From: a virus
Lineage: Duplodnaviria; Caudoviricetes
Strand: one strand, 5' to 3'
IMG/VR virus record: IMGVR_UViG_3300027983_002389
Length of the DNA stretch: 64,000 bases
Positions 8,322 to 16,645 of the stretch are shown here, in pieces (position 1 is the first letter of the stretch; each line of letters begins with the position of its first letter). A program made the translations under genes and the position numbers. A model generated the notes under the pieces. The model was not told the DNA's origin, ran no database searches, and saw nothing but the letters and a program-made list of their open reading frames with translations.

Positions 8322-8395
8322 CGGCATATGTTGTAGTGGTTTCTGCAAGCCGTCCTGATAAGACGGAAGTTCTGGTTCAATTCCAGGTATGCCGA
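8322..8395 (+). tRNA. tRNA-Ile(GAT)
   Basis: Loop CTGATAA. Confidence 0.85.
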
Positions 8396-8473
8396 CTGAA
8401 TTATGGAATTTATGGTGTAAAAAATAAAGACTTGCCGCACAGCAAAGAGTCTTGGATGGTACAAAATGATTAT

Positions 8474-8545
8474 AGGGACGTGGTGCAAAGGCTAACATGG
8501 CAGTCTCCAAAACTGTTGATCTCGGTTCGAGTCCGAGCGTCCCTG
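8474..8545 (+). tRNA. tRNA-Trp(CCA)
   Basis: Loop CTCCAAA, discriminator G. Confidence 0.85.
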
Positions 8546-8567
8546 CTGATTGGTTCTCGACAGTCAT

Positions 8568-8640
8568 TCCCTTGTAGCTCAATTGGTAGAGCGGCACGCT
8601 GTTAACGTGAAGGTTCTAGGTTCGAGTCCTAGCGAGGGAG
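8568..8640 (+). tRNA. tRNA-Asn(GTT)
   Basis: Canonical cloverleaf. Confidence 0.9.
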
Positions 8641-8660
8641 CTAGTTTGAAGTTTTTATAT

Positions 8661-8736
8661 TGCCGGGTATTCGGTGTTGGTATCCGTTCTCTGTCTTTGA
8701 AGCAGAAGGTCGCTGGTTCGATTCCAGCCCCGGCAG
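8661..8736 (+). tRNA. tRNA-Gln(TTG)
   Basis: Loop CTTTGAA. Confidence 0.75.
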
Positions 8737-8765
8737 CTTGAGTGGTGACTCTATAGTGTTGTTGA

Positions 8766-8836
8766 TACTCTATAGTGTAATGGTAGCACACAACACTTTG
8801 ACTGTTGTAGTCATGGTTCGAGTCCATGTAGAGTAA
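8766..8836 (+). tRNA. tRNA-Gln(TTG)
   Basis: Loop CTTTGAC. Confidence 0.85.
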
Positions 8837-8839
8837 TTT

Positions 8840-9091
8840 GAGGGTAGTAGTGTGAATAGCCGACTGAGGCATCTTCACAAAAGTTGAAGGAAGTGCAAAG
8901 CTAAAACTGCAAGCAACAATTGCAAAAGCTATAAAAACCGTGAGTTAGGGGCAGGGCCTAAACAGGCTTGTAGACAATAACTTTGCACAGAGATCAATGA
9001 GTAGTGTTTTGAAGTAGGTTGGTAGGCAGCACAGAGGCATAAGCATTTGCAATTGGAGCCTTTGGTTTAGGTTCGAGTCCTAACGCCCTCG
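8840..9091 (+). ncRNA. about 250-nt RNA with tRNA-like ends
   Basis: GAGGGT/GCCCTC-G; TTAGG-TTCGAGT-CCTAA; internal GTGCAAAG/CTTTGCAC. Confidence 0.6.
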
Positions 9092-9119
9092 CTTGTTTGT
9101 TTGATGATTGTTGATTTAC

Positions 9120-9192
9120 GGTTCCGTGGTGTAGTGGCACTGCATACCTCCCTGTCACGGAGAAGGTGCGAGTTCGATTCTCGTCGGGACCG
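9120..9192 (+). tRNA. tRNA-Asp(GTC)
   Basis: Loop CTGTCAC. Confidence 0.85.
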
Positions 9193-9194
9193 CT

Positions 9195-9266
9195 GTGATT
9201 GAAGCCAAACGGTGCGGCGTCTCTTTGTGAAAGAGATAATAGTGGGTTCGACTCCCATCAATCACC
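9195..9266 (+). tRNA. tRNA-His(GTG), no encoded G-1
   Basis: Loop TTGTGAA, C73. Confidence 0.8.
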
Positions 9267-9277
9267 TGTTAGTTTTT

Positions 9278-9350
9278 GGGCGTGGAGTTCGGTCGGTAGA
9301 ACATCCCCCTGTCACGGGGAAGGTTGCGGGTTCAACTCCCGTCACGCTCG
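9278..9350 (+). tRNA. tRNA-Asp(GTC)
   Basis: Loop CTGTCAC. Confidence 0.85.
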
Positions 9351-9359
9351 CTGTTGAAT

Positions 9360-9431
9360 GCCTTCGTGGTATAGTGGTATTGCGCTTGCTTGGTAAGCAA
9401 GAAATTCTGGGTTCGATTCCCAGCGATGGCT
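9360..9431 (+). tRNA. tRNA-Thr(GGT)
   Basis: Loop TTGGTAA. Confidence 0.8.
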
Positions 9432-9434
9432 CTT

Positions 9435-9507
9435 GATCTTGAAGCTCAAATGGATGAGCGACCACTTGTCTAGTGGAAGGTTGTAGGTTCGACTCCTACT
9501 GAGATTG
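9435..9507 (+). tRNA. tRNA-Asp(GTC)
   Basis: Loop TTGTCTA. Confidence 0.7.
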
Positions 9508-9571
9508 CTATGTTCATTAGGTCTGCTAACTTGATGAACAGAAATGTTGCAGCGAATGGCAGTTCGTATGA

Positions 9572-9648
9572 GGGTGTGATCGTCTAGGTTGGTCTAGGAC
9601 ACCCGCCGTTTGAGGCGGGAGACATGGGTTCAAATCCCATCACATCTT
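9572..9648 (+). tRNA. tRNA of undetermined type (Glu-like body, 8-nt loop CGTTTGAG)
   Basis: Good acceptor, D and T arms; abnormal anticodon loop. Confidence 0.6.
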
Positions 9649-9659
9649 CGCAACTTTGT

Positions 9660-9732
9660 GTGTATGTGGCCGAGCGGCAAAGGCGCTAGTTTTCCAAACT
9701 GGTTTAGGTGGGTTCAACTCCCTCCATACACT
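9660..9732 (+). tRNA. tRNA-Gly(TCC)
   Basis: Loop TTTCCAA, U73. Confidence 0.8.
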
Positions 9733-9740
9733 CAATTTTT

Positions 9741-9819
9741 GACCGTGGAAACGAAAGCTCCGTGGTGGAGCATCAGACTGCAAATCTGATGTTAAGAGGT
9801 TCGACTCCTCCTGCGGCCT
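9741..9819 (+). tRNA. atypical tRNA-Cys(GCA), apparent 8/4 fold
   Basis: TCAGA-CTGCAAA-TCTGA; 4-bp T stem; 8-nt connector AAACGAAA; U73. Confidence 0.6.
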
Positions 9820-9821
9820 CT

Positions 9822-9891
9822 GGCCATGTTGATGTAACGGTAGCAGGAAACCTTAAATGGTAATTTGAGTGGTTCGACTCCACAGTGGTCA
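9822..9891 (+). pseudogene. degenerate tRNA
   Basis: T loop TTCGACT and partial acceptor; anticodon arm broken. Confidence 0.5.
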
Positions 9892-9901
9892 TTTATTTTA
9901 T

Positions 9902-9972
9902 AGCTCGTCCTGTGGATTCAGGCGTTGGGTCTACGAAACCCGATTGGATAGGTTCGATTCCTTCACGAGCTA
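9902..9972 (+). tRNA. atypical tRNA-Arg(ACG)
   Basis: Loop CTACGAA; no nt 8-9 linker; 6-bp anticodon stem. Confidence 0.75.
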
Positions 9973-9980
9973 CTTGATTT

Positions 9981-10051
9981 GCCCGGTTGATGAAATGGTA
10001 TCGTGTCTGCATTACAAGCAGAATTCGGGGGTTCGATTCCCTCACCGGGTA
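9981..10051 (+). tRNA. tRNA-Val(TAC)
   Basis: Loop ATTACAA. Confidence 0.8.
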
Positions 10052-10063
10052 CTGAGTATTTTT

Positions 10064-10135
10064 GGCCCATTCGTCTACTGGCTAGGACCGCTGTTTTTCA
10101 GGCAGCAGAAGACGGATCGAAACCGTCATGGGTCA
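10064..10135 (+). tRNA. tRNA-Glu(TTC)
   Basis: Loop TTTTCAG. Confidence 0.75.
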
Positions 10136-10138
10136 CTT

Positions 10139-10289
10139 AGTTATTGGATCAATTAGTGTAACGGCAGCACGCCTCCGTGGAGGGGGAAGAGTGGTTCGAT
10201 TCCAATACCAACAACTAAATGAGACAAATTAGTGTAACGGTAGCACGCCTCTCACCAAGGGGAAGATTGGTTCGATTCCAATACTCATT
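10139..10289 (+). ncRNA. tandem pair of tRNA-like RNAs with 5-nt anticodon loops
   Basis: Near-identical D and T arms; loops GTGGA (10177-10181) and CACCA (10253-10257); bulged acceptor stems. Confidence 0.55.
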
Positions 10290-10292
10290 TAT

Positions 10293-10374
10293 GCCGGGTT
10301 CGCATAGCGGCGATTGCACAGGTTTTGTAAACCTGCGGAGTTATCCCTCGTGGGTTCGAGTCCCACACCCGGCT
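10293..10374 (+). tRNA. tRNA-Thr(TGT) with long variable region
   Basis: Loop TTTGTAA. Confidence 0.75.
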
Positions 10375-10403
10375 CTGAACATTTAACCTTTTGGGGAAAT
10401 ACT

Positions 10404-11127
10404 ATGGTGCGTCTTTGGCTCGAAACTGTGCGGATTTAGACCAACGGGTCGGTTACACTTAGGTCATTATTTCTCGGTGATTCAACCGGGACAGGCTGGG
10501 TGTACTGTACTGGTGGCAAACTATCATGCACCGGAGGTAAATAATCTGGAAGTTTCCGTGAACGCCTTACGGCAATACGGTGTCCAGACCATAGTGATTC
10601 AGAAGGATGTGTTTAACGCTGAATTGTTTTTTCGATTATTGACGCTCGCAAAAATGGGTGATCTTGGTCGAATGACACAATTCAAGTCAACGGAAGAGGA
10701 CGATAGAACTGGTCAATTGCTGACTTATCCTGTTCTTATGGCGCATGATGTTGCGGGTTACTCCGAGGTCATTGTGGGTCTGGATCAGAAGCAGCATTTG
10801 GAATATGCCAGAAAGCTGTTGAAAAAATACAACAGTGTATATGGCACGACATATCCAATCCCGATAGCCAATATCGTGGTGGGACGTGTCAAAGATTTGC
10901 GTGATCCGACGAAGAAAATGTCGAAGTCATCGCCGCAGGGATGTTTATTCCTTGATGATACGGTGGATGATATTCAACAAAAGATTCGGAAGGCGACCGC
11001 AGATGAAGAGGGCCTGAATAACTTGAAGTTTTTGTATGGGGAGTTTGTAAGAGAAACGCCTCCAACAAGCAATCAAGAACTGAAAGAGAAACTGGCTAAT
11101 TCGATTGTTATGCGTCTAAGGTGTTAG
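10404..11127 (+). CDS. trpS: compact tryptophanyl-tRNA synthetase, expressed via putative +1 frameshift at 10413-10419
   Basis: GFRPTGRLHLGHY (HIGH), YPVLMAHD, VGLDQKQHLE, KMSKS; the HIGH segment lies upstream of the listed GTG start. Confidence 0.85.
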
Positions 11128-11184
11128 TGGCAGCATACTTGGCTCTTAACCAAGATGGTTCCGGTTCAAGTCCGGGTGGACGCA
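11112..11184 (+). tRNA. tRNA-Lys(CTT), overlaps the trpS stop
   Basis: Loop CTCTTAA. Confidence 0.85.
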
Positions 11185-11189
11185 CTTGA

Positions 11190-11320
11190 TGAATGGGATG
11201 TGAGTACCTACTAGGGGAACCGAATTGATCTCATAAGGGTCAAAGTCAGGACTTGGTAAAAGTCACAAGTTGCCCTGACCGGGGCTTGTGACATAGCGGG
11301 TTCGAGTCCCGTTCATTCCA
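11190..11320 (+). ncRNA. tRNA-like RNA (CAT-like arm) with pseudoknotted variable region
   Basis: T arm GCGGG-TTCGAGT-CCCGT; crossing helices GTCAGG/CCTGAC and GTCACAAGT/GCTTGTGAC. Confidence 0.55.
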
Positions 11321-11329
11321 CTTATTTAT

Positions 11330-11401
11330 GGCGTGTTCGACTTCTGGTGAGGTCATCTGCCTTTCAAGCAGATTAGATGAGATCGAAACTCATACACGTC
11401 A
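11330..11401 (+). tRNA. tRNA-Glu(TTC)
   Basis: Loop CTTTCAA. Confidence 0.8.
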
Positions 11402-11736
11402 CTTGTTGGTGAAAGAGTTCATATACAGTTGCCCAAAATAAGGGCTACCAGGGTCATTTGAAGGCCACTGGAGAACTGGAATATTGGCCACCTGAAACCA
11501 ACAAAACGATTGAGAAAACCGAAAGAGATCGACAGCAGGCTTTCCGTCAAGCAACGCACGACGACGGCATTCAAAGTGTGAATAGAAATAAAGAGTATTA
11601 TGCTGTCGGCCACCTTTTGGTGATTTCTTTCACAACGGTTAGAGGGTTTGTACTCGACGCCGTGGATTGCCAATCTTGGGTGGGCGGCATTCCGAAAGTG
11701 CGATCTTTGACAATTCGGTAGAAATAAAGCCAAGAT

Positions 11737-11871
11737 GTGTCTGTGGTGTAAGCTGGTTTGGAGCAACGTGGAAACACGAAACACTACATTGCACGTGAAA
11801 TCATAATTCCGGCAAGACCGGGCTATATGATTAGCGTCTAATGCAATAGAGGTCGATTCCTTTCAGGCACA
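11737..11871 (+). ncRNA. tRNA-like RNA with inserts in D and anticodon loops
   Basis: GTGTCTG/CAGGCAC-A; ATTGCA/TGCAAT encloses a long hairpin; 3' 16-mer TTCCTTTCAGGCACAC present three times in tandem. Confidence 0.6.
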
Positions 11872-11933
11872 CTTCCTTTCAGGCACACTTCCTTTCAGGC
11901 ACACTTCCCGATCCAGAAATGGATCGGATTTTT

Positions 11934-12086
11934 GACTTGTCGTTCGTCTAAATATACGCTTCGGTGTATCTCAGGACGCCCGCACCGCTAACGCCCGCAC
12001 CGCTAATGCCGCTCAGCGGTTTGATGTGATAGGTTAGGTTGGAACTTCTCAAGCCGGGAGACGCAAGACGAACTTGCACGACAGTC
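11934..12086 (+). ncRNA. degenerate tRNA-Glu-like RNA with D-loop and anticodon inserts
   Basis: TTGTCGT/ACGACAG; TCGTCTA...AGGAC D arm holding ATACGC-TTCG-GTGTAT. Confidence 0.5.
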
Positions 12087-12093
12087 TTTATAT

Positions 12094-12166
12094 GGTGATC
12101 GTAGTGTAGTGGTCTGCACGACTGATTGTGGATCAGTAAGTGGGAGTTCGATCCTCCTCGATGACC
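12094..12166 (+). tRNA. tRNA-His(GTG) with G-1
   Basis: Loop TTGTGGA. Confidence 0.85.
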
Positions 12167-12268
12167 CTTGATATTTTTTCAAAATGGTTCACTCTTTTAA
12201 GTCGGTATTGATCGACTTCGAGATTCGGATATACTGATCTCGTCTCAACCTTAGAAAGAGAGAAAAAT

Positions 12269-13075
12269 ATGGACCCAAAATATACTGTCGGGCAAAAGGT
12301 TCTTTTTGCCAATCAAGAAGCCATTATTCGCAAGTTTGAAGAAAATGACGGAGTAGTCAAGTATTACTGCGAAGTTGGTGGTGTTCCGCTGACCATGTGG
12401 ATTCCTGAAGATTCTTTGGATGTCGGAAACCCTTCTGGACCGCCATCTGTATTCTTCAATCGCAGAATGCCACATTTGATGGTCGTAGATAATTTCTACA
12501 AAGACCCCGATGATGTGCGAGCTTTTGCCTTGGAGCAAGACTTCAAGCCGAACTTGAACAACTATAAGGGAAAGAGAACCGAGGAACGATTCCTGTGGCC
12601 TTTCCTCAAAGAAGAGTTTGAACGACTATTGGGTCGTCCGATTGTTGACTGGTTGAACCAGCCTTGCAATGGCTGCTTCCAGATTACTGGTTTCGATGAT
12701 CCGTTAGTTTGGCACTCGGACTTGCAGAGTTACGCCGCTGCGATATATTTGACGCCAGATGCCCCGGTAACTGCTGGGACGAGCTTCTGGAAAGATAAGA
12801 CACACGGAAGTCGCCGTCCGCCAAATCACCCGCTTGAGTTCGACCGATTCGATTCAGATGAAGCACGAGCTTTAGCGGCCAGTGAGATTTACAGCGGATA
12901 CAATATCCTTCACCCGGATAATTGGGAATTGGTCGATAAATTTGGAGCCGTATACAATCGGCTTGCAATTTGGGATGCTCAAATGATCCACTCGGCAAGT
13001 TCCTATGAAGGCATGGTAAGTGGCGATCCTGATAAGGCTCGACTTGTCCAATTGTTTTTCTTTACCGTAAGGTAA
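12269..13075 (+). CDS. 2OG-Fe(II) oxygenase-like protein (DUF6445-like)
   Basis: VVDNFY.DPD.VR, H.D, IYLTP, GTSF, YNR..I....HS, RL.Q.FF. Confidence 0.75.
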   Translation: MDPKYTVGQKVLFANQEAIIRKFEENDGVVKYYCEVGGVPLTMWIPEDSLDVGNPSGPPSVFFNRRMPHLMVVDNFYKDPDDVRAFALEQDFKPNLNNYKGKRTEERFLWPFLKEEFERLLGRPIVDWLNQPCNGCFQITGFDDPLVWHSDLQSYAAAIYLTPDAPVTAGTSFWKDKTHGSRRPPNHPLEFDRFDSDEARALAASEIYSGYNILHPDNWELVDKFGAVYNRLAIWDAQMIHSASSYEGMVSGDPDKARLVQLFFFTVR

Positions 13076-13078
13076 TCA

Positions 13079-13357
13079 ATGTCTTTCCGGCTGAGTAAAA
13101 AAGTTTCTCTCGAAAAAGGCGACAGGATACGAGTATCCGGTGGTCCTTATTTTCTCACTCAAGCCGGAACAAAAATCAACATGGGCGAGCGAGGAGTCGG
13201 GACATTTGTGGGATCGGAAGAAAACGGCGAGGCGATATACGTCAAATTTGACCGCACGTCTGCCCCAAGATTTGTATACATTGGGCCTGAGCGTTTATCG
13301 GAATCAACCGGGACAACGCTCAGGCCACATAAAATCGTCAAACTACGAAAGAAGTAA
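13079..13357 (+). CDS. hypothetical SH3/KOW-like basic protein
   Basis: LEKGDRIRVSGGPY. Confidence 0.55.
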   Translation: MSFRLSKKVSLEKGDRIRVSGGPYFLTQAGTKINMGERGVGTFVGSEENGEAIYVKFDRTSAPRFVYIGPERLSESTGTTLRPHKIVKLRKK

Positions 13358-13601
13358 GACCTTTGCTACACCGAACATTGTTGGCGACTTGCGGGTTTGA
13401 TTTCCCTGGTCTCAGTGTTTTTTCGAGGACGCCGTGCTTCGTGAGAATACGAACGACCTGCATTAGATCAGCCGATAGACTGCCTGGATGCCGGTATCCG
13501 GTTTCGAGGATGAATCGCACAAGTTGAACGTGGTTCACACCTTCGGGATGAACGTACACGGCATTGATGACGAGTTGCCGAAGGGTTTCTCGGTTTTTCA
13601 T
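13338..13601 (-). CDS. hypothetical winged-helix-like protein
   Basis: ORF with AAGGA SD on the minus strand. Confidence 0.5.
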   Translation of the reverse strand: MKNRETLRQLVINAVYVHPEGVNHVQLVRFILETGYRHPGSLSADLMQVVRILTKHGVLEKTLRPGKSNPQVANNVRCSKGLTSFVV

Positions 13602-13718
13602 GGCACTGATCCTTGAATTGTTTATAATTTACTTTGCCGATAATGGAACCGGCTACAAGTGTTTTTCTTAACACCCAAAGATTAGTCAAGCAAAGTTTGT
13701 GCCAACGGGAGAAAAGAG

Positions 13719-14051
13719 ATGTGGTATGTTCTGGATGACCAAAATGAACCAATTCCTGCGGACACGTTGGTTGCTGATCGGTTCCTGGAAGACCAGGGTG
13801 TGCGACGAACTGTCGCATACGACGCCATGCTTGACGGCAGTTTGTTGTCCACGGTGTTCATGTGTTTAGATCACTGCATGGGTCGTTCGGACGGGCCGGT
13901 TTTGTTCGAGTCGATGTGGTTTGGTGGTCCTCATGACGGGCATCAGCGACGGTACAAAACTTGGACTGAAGCTGAAGAAGGTCATGCCGATATGTTGGCG
14001 GCATATGGGGAATATCTGACCTATATGGCAGATAAATTAGCGAAGATGTGA
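13719..14051 (+). CDS. conserved-looking phage hypothetical protein
   Basis: STVF..LDH...P.LFESM.FGG...Q.RY.TW.EA..GH. Confidence 0.7.
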   Translation: MWYVLDDQNEPIPADTLVADRFLEDQGVRRTVAYDAMLDGSLLSTVFMCLDHCMGRSDGPVLFESMWFGGPHDGHQRRYKTWTEAEEGHADMLAAYGEYLTYMADKLAKM

Positions 14052-14055
14052 TTAT

Positions 14056-14126
14056 GCGGCCATGATGTAGTGGTAGCCTGTTTGCTTGCCGAGCAAGAAG
14101 TGCGAGTTCGATTCTCGCTGGCCGCT
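14056..14126 (+). tRNA. tRNA-Gly(GCC)
   Basis: Loop TTGCCGA. Confidence 0.8.
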
Positions 14127-14168
14127 TTAATTTCCATATAACCTCCACTATATAACAGTGGAGGTTAT

Positions 14169-14576
14169 ATGGAAACAACAAATTCAAAAGGTGACTTAGC
14201 TGTGGCTAAGGTTCATTTGCTTTCTATTGAAAAAGGTTTTATTGTAAGTAAACCATTATCGGATTCTGCTCGATACGATTTAATTGTTGATGATGGGGCC
14301 TTGAAAAGAACGCAGATTAAATATGCCGATGGAAAAGGATCGCACGGATCACAGGGCGTTGTTCGAGTTGCTTTAGAAAAGAAGTACAAAGACAAAATTC
14401 TTTTTTATTCGGAAAAGGATATTGATTTGCTTTTGGTTTATATTCCTAAAATAGATCGAATTTGTGCATTCAAATCAGATATATTTGCAGGAAGAAAAAA
14501 TTTGTATATTAGATACGAACCTGCTAAGAACGGGCAAAAAAAAGGTTGTCTTAGTGCGTCTGATTATTTTTGGTAG
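14169..14576 (+). CDS. PD-(D/E)XK endonuclease (group I intron-associated type)
   Basis: KGD.A..., VSKP..D..RYDLIVD....KR.QIK, Y...DID. Confidence 0.8.
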   Translation: METTNSKGDLAVAKVHLLSIEKGFIVSKPLSDSARYDLIVDDGALKRTQIKYADGKGSHGSQGVVRVALEKKYKDKILFYSEKDIDLLLVYIPKIDRICAFKSDIFAGRKNLYIRYEPAKNGQKKGCLSASDYFW

Positions 14577-14579
14577 TAT

Positions 14580-14651
14580 GCGACTATGGTGTAGAGGTTG
14601 TCACGCTTGCTTGCCAAGCAAGAGGATAGGGTTCGAGTCCCTGTAGTTGCT
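14580..14651 (+). tRNA. tRNA-Gly(GCC)
   Basis: Loop TTGCCAA. Confidence 0.8.
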
Positions 14652-14710
14652 CTGAGGTTCTCTTGGTGTGAGGCCAGGGGCTAAGTAGAATGCGAGTTCA
14701 GCCTTTTCAT

Positions 14711-14781
14711 GGCCCATTCGTCTAATGGCAGGACGTAACCCTCTCACGGTTAAAACAGGAGTTCGATTCTCCTATGGGTCA
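14711..14781 (+). tRNA. tRNA-Glu(CTC)
   Basis: Loop CTCTCAC. Confidence 0.85.
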
Positions 14782-14790
14782 CTGGTATTT

Positions 14791-14914
14791 GCCGGGTTAG
14801 CTCAATGGTAGAGCGCCAAAAATACTCTCAGCAATATTTGGGCTTCGGCCATGCTCGTTGGGATTACATTCCATTCTAAGGAGGAGGTTGTTGGTCCGAA
14901 TCCAACACCCGGCA
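14791..14914 (+). ncRNA. Y-RNA-like tRNA mimic, copy 1
   Basis: tRNA acceptor, D and T arms; anticodon replaced by a stem containing ATATTTGGGCTTCGGCCATGC, shared with 38250-38372. Confidence 0.7.
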
Positions 14915-14916
14915 CT

Positions 14917-15753
14917 ATGATTTGCGTATACCTAGTAAACGAAGAACCGGCGTATATTGGGATGTTGTCCCTTAGCCTTAAAATGCTGCGGCAGCACAAT
15001 CCAAGTGTGCCAGTTGTCGTTTACTATGTCCAAGATGGCAAACGAGACTCTCGAAGAATTCCACTGACAGAGATAACCAGAGCTTTGAATAAGTTGCCGA
15101 ACGATTATTTATCGTTCAGTAACTTGTGCGAAGAACTCAATGTCGAAGTTCGAGTTCGTAAGTCAAAGCAAGAAGAGGCATATTACTCTTTGCATCGCCT
15201 ATTGCTGCAAGAGATTGAAGAAGAGACAGTGCTTCTGTTAGATGGCGACACGTTCATATTTGGCAATATTGAGGGGTTCCCTCAGATGTATGCTGGATAC
15301 GATTTTGTGGCAACGCCGAATTCTTGGGGTATGGTCCATCCGGTTCCTGGTTTAGACCCCAACTTCAGATCGTTTAATTCTGGCGTCGTGCTGTGCCAGA
15401 ATGGTGTTTTCAAGCGATGGATGGATTCAATTGGCGATTATTGTCAAAGGTTATATGATGGTTGCCATCCACAGTCAGAGTGGTTGTGGAGCGTAAGTGC
15501 AGAATGTGCTGGAAGAGAAGAGTTGGCAGCGAGTTTGTTTGTTTTGGACAATGGCTTGAAGTATAGATACTTCGAGAATGAGCATGTGCAAATGGGGAGT
15601 TACGATAGTAACGCCCGCATATTGCACACACTAAGTCCAAATTGGCATTCATTATACAATGAATGCTTTAAGCCACAGCGTAAAAGGCTTTTCAAGCCAC
15701 GCTTAAAAAATGATGCAGATGCCGGTGGTCAAACAGATAATGATCTTGATTAG
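14917..15753 (+). CDS. glycosyltransferase (GT8-like)
   Basis: LLLDGDT DxD motif, FNSGVVL; start at ATG 14917 after the RNA. Confidence 0.7.
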   Translation: MICVYLVNEEPAYIGMLSLSLKMLRQHNPSVPVVVYYVQDGKRDSRRIPLTEITRALNKLPNDYLSFSNLCEELNVEVRVRKSKQEEAYYSLHRLLLQEIEEETVLLLDGDTFIFGNIEGFPQMYAGYDFVATPNSWGMVHPVPGLDPNFRSFNSGVVLCQNGVFKRWMDSIGDYCQRLYDGCHPQSEWLWSVSAECAGREELAASLFVLDNGLKYRYFENEHVQMGSYDSNARILHTLSPNWHSLYNECFKPQRKRLFKPRLKNDADAGGQTDNDLD

Positions 15754-16129
15754 CCACCAAAGGCCGATGGCAATACCGCCAATTCCTAATCCGAACAACC
15801 AAGTTTTGAATGATTTAAGTTTAGAAATGAACTTATCCTTGTCCATATGTACCTCCTTGAATACGATATACGATATAAGGTATATATGCAGGTGACTACT
15901 ATGAAAAACAAGAAGACCGCAAAGCAGTTGAAAAAGCAAGAAAAGCGTGAACATCGTGTAACAATAGCTAGCTGTCCATGCTAAGTGCGATTGTGGCTGT
16001 TGCACGGCGACGATGCGATTCAAAAACAAAGTCAAAAGCAGGGCTTGCTAATTCGGCAACAATAGTTGATGATGAAGGCGTCGTTCAAGAAATTTGCCTA
16101 CCATTGGCACACCTCAGAAAGTACACAGC

Positions 16130-16354
16130 ATGGATTTTCCAGCCCTCGTCAAAGCCGAATTAGAAAAAGCTCGTCGCAAGCATCCTGGCGAACAACGCAA
16201 CCTTCATGAAGGTTATGCGGTGATTCTTGAAGAAGTTGATGAGTTTTGGGATGTGGTGAAAAGCCAAAAACCCGATACGGCTCATGCGTTAGAGGAACTG
16301 GTACAGGTTGCTGCTATGTGTCAGCGAACTGCGGAAGACGTGTTGGGTCAATAA
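16130..16354 (+). CDS. MazG-like all-alpha NTP pyrophosphatase
   Basis: EGYAVILEEVDE...EELVQVAAM. Confidence 0.65.
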   Translation: MDFPALVKAELEKARRKHPGEQRNLHEGYAVILEEVDEFWDVVKSQKPDTAHALEELVQVAAMCQRTAEDVLGQ

Positions 16355-16355
16355 T

Positions 16356-16430
16356 CAGGCTGTAGCTCAGTTTGGCTAGAGCGCTTGGCTGGGGGCCAAG
16401 AAGTCGCAGGTTCAAATCCTGTCAGCCTGA
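16356..16430 (+). tRNA. tRNA-Pro(GGG)
   Basis: Canonical cloverleaf. Confidence 0.9.
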
Positions 16431-16444
16431 CTGATACATAGAAT

Positions 16445-16515
16445 GCCTCATTGGTCTAATGGTATGATACTTCTTTCGTAAAGAAGTTGCAGGGGTTCGA
16501 TTCCCTTATGAGGCT
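16445..16515 (+). tRNA. tRNA-Thr(CGT)
   Basis: Loop TTCGTAA. Confidence 0.85.
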
Positions 16516-16521
16516 CTTTAT

Positions 16522-16591
16522 CGCTATGGTGCTGGGTACACAGTTGTCTCTCATAAGGACGACGTGGTGAGTTCGATTCTCACCTTAGCGA
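16522..16591 (+). tRNA. atypical tRNA with CAT anticodon (Met or Ile2)
   Basis: Loop CTCATAA; no 8-9 linker; 6-bp anticodon stem. Confidence 0.65.
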
Positions 16592-16645
16592 CTCTATTTG
16601 TGTGAGGAAATGTGTCTTTCATTGACACCGACACTACATAGTTTC

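Noticed and set aside
8840-9091. tRNA with a group I intron, or full tmRNA
   Set aside because: Only a faint R-element-like stretch; no P/Q/S elements, no reconstructable anticodon, no G3:U70 and no convincing tag.
7907-10156. Short ORFs in the ORF track across the tRNA array
   Set aside because: They are shadow translations of tRNA genes.
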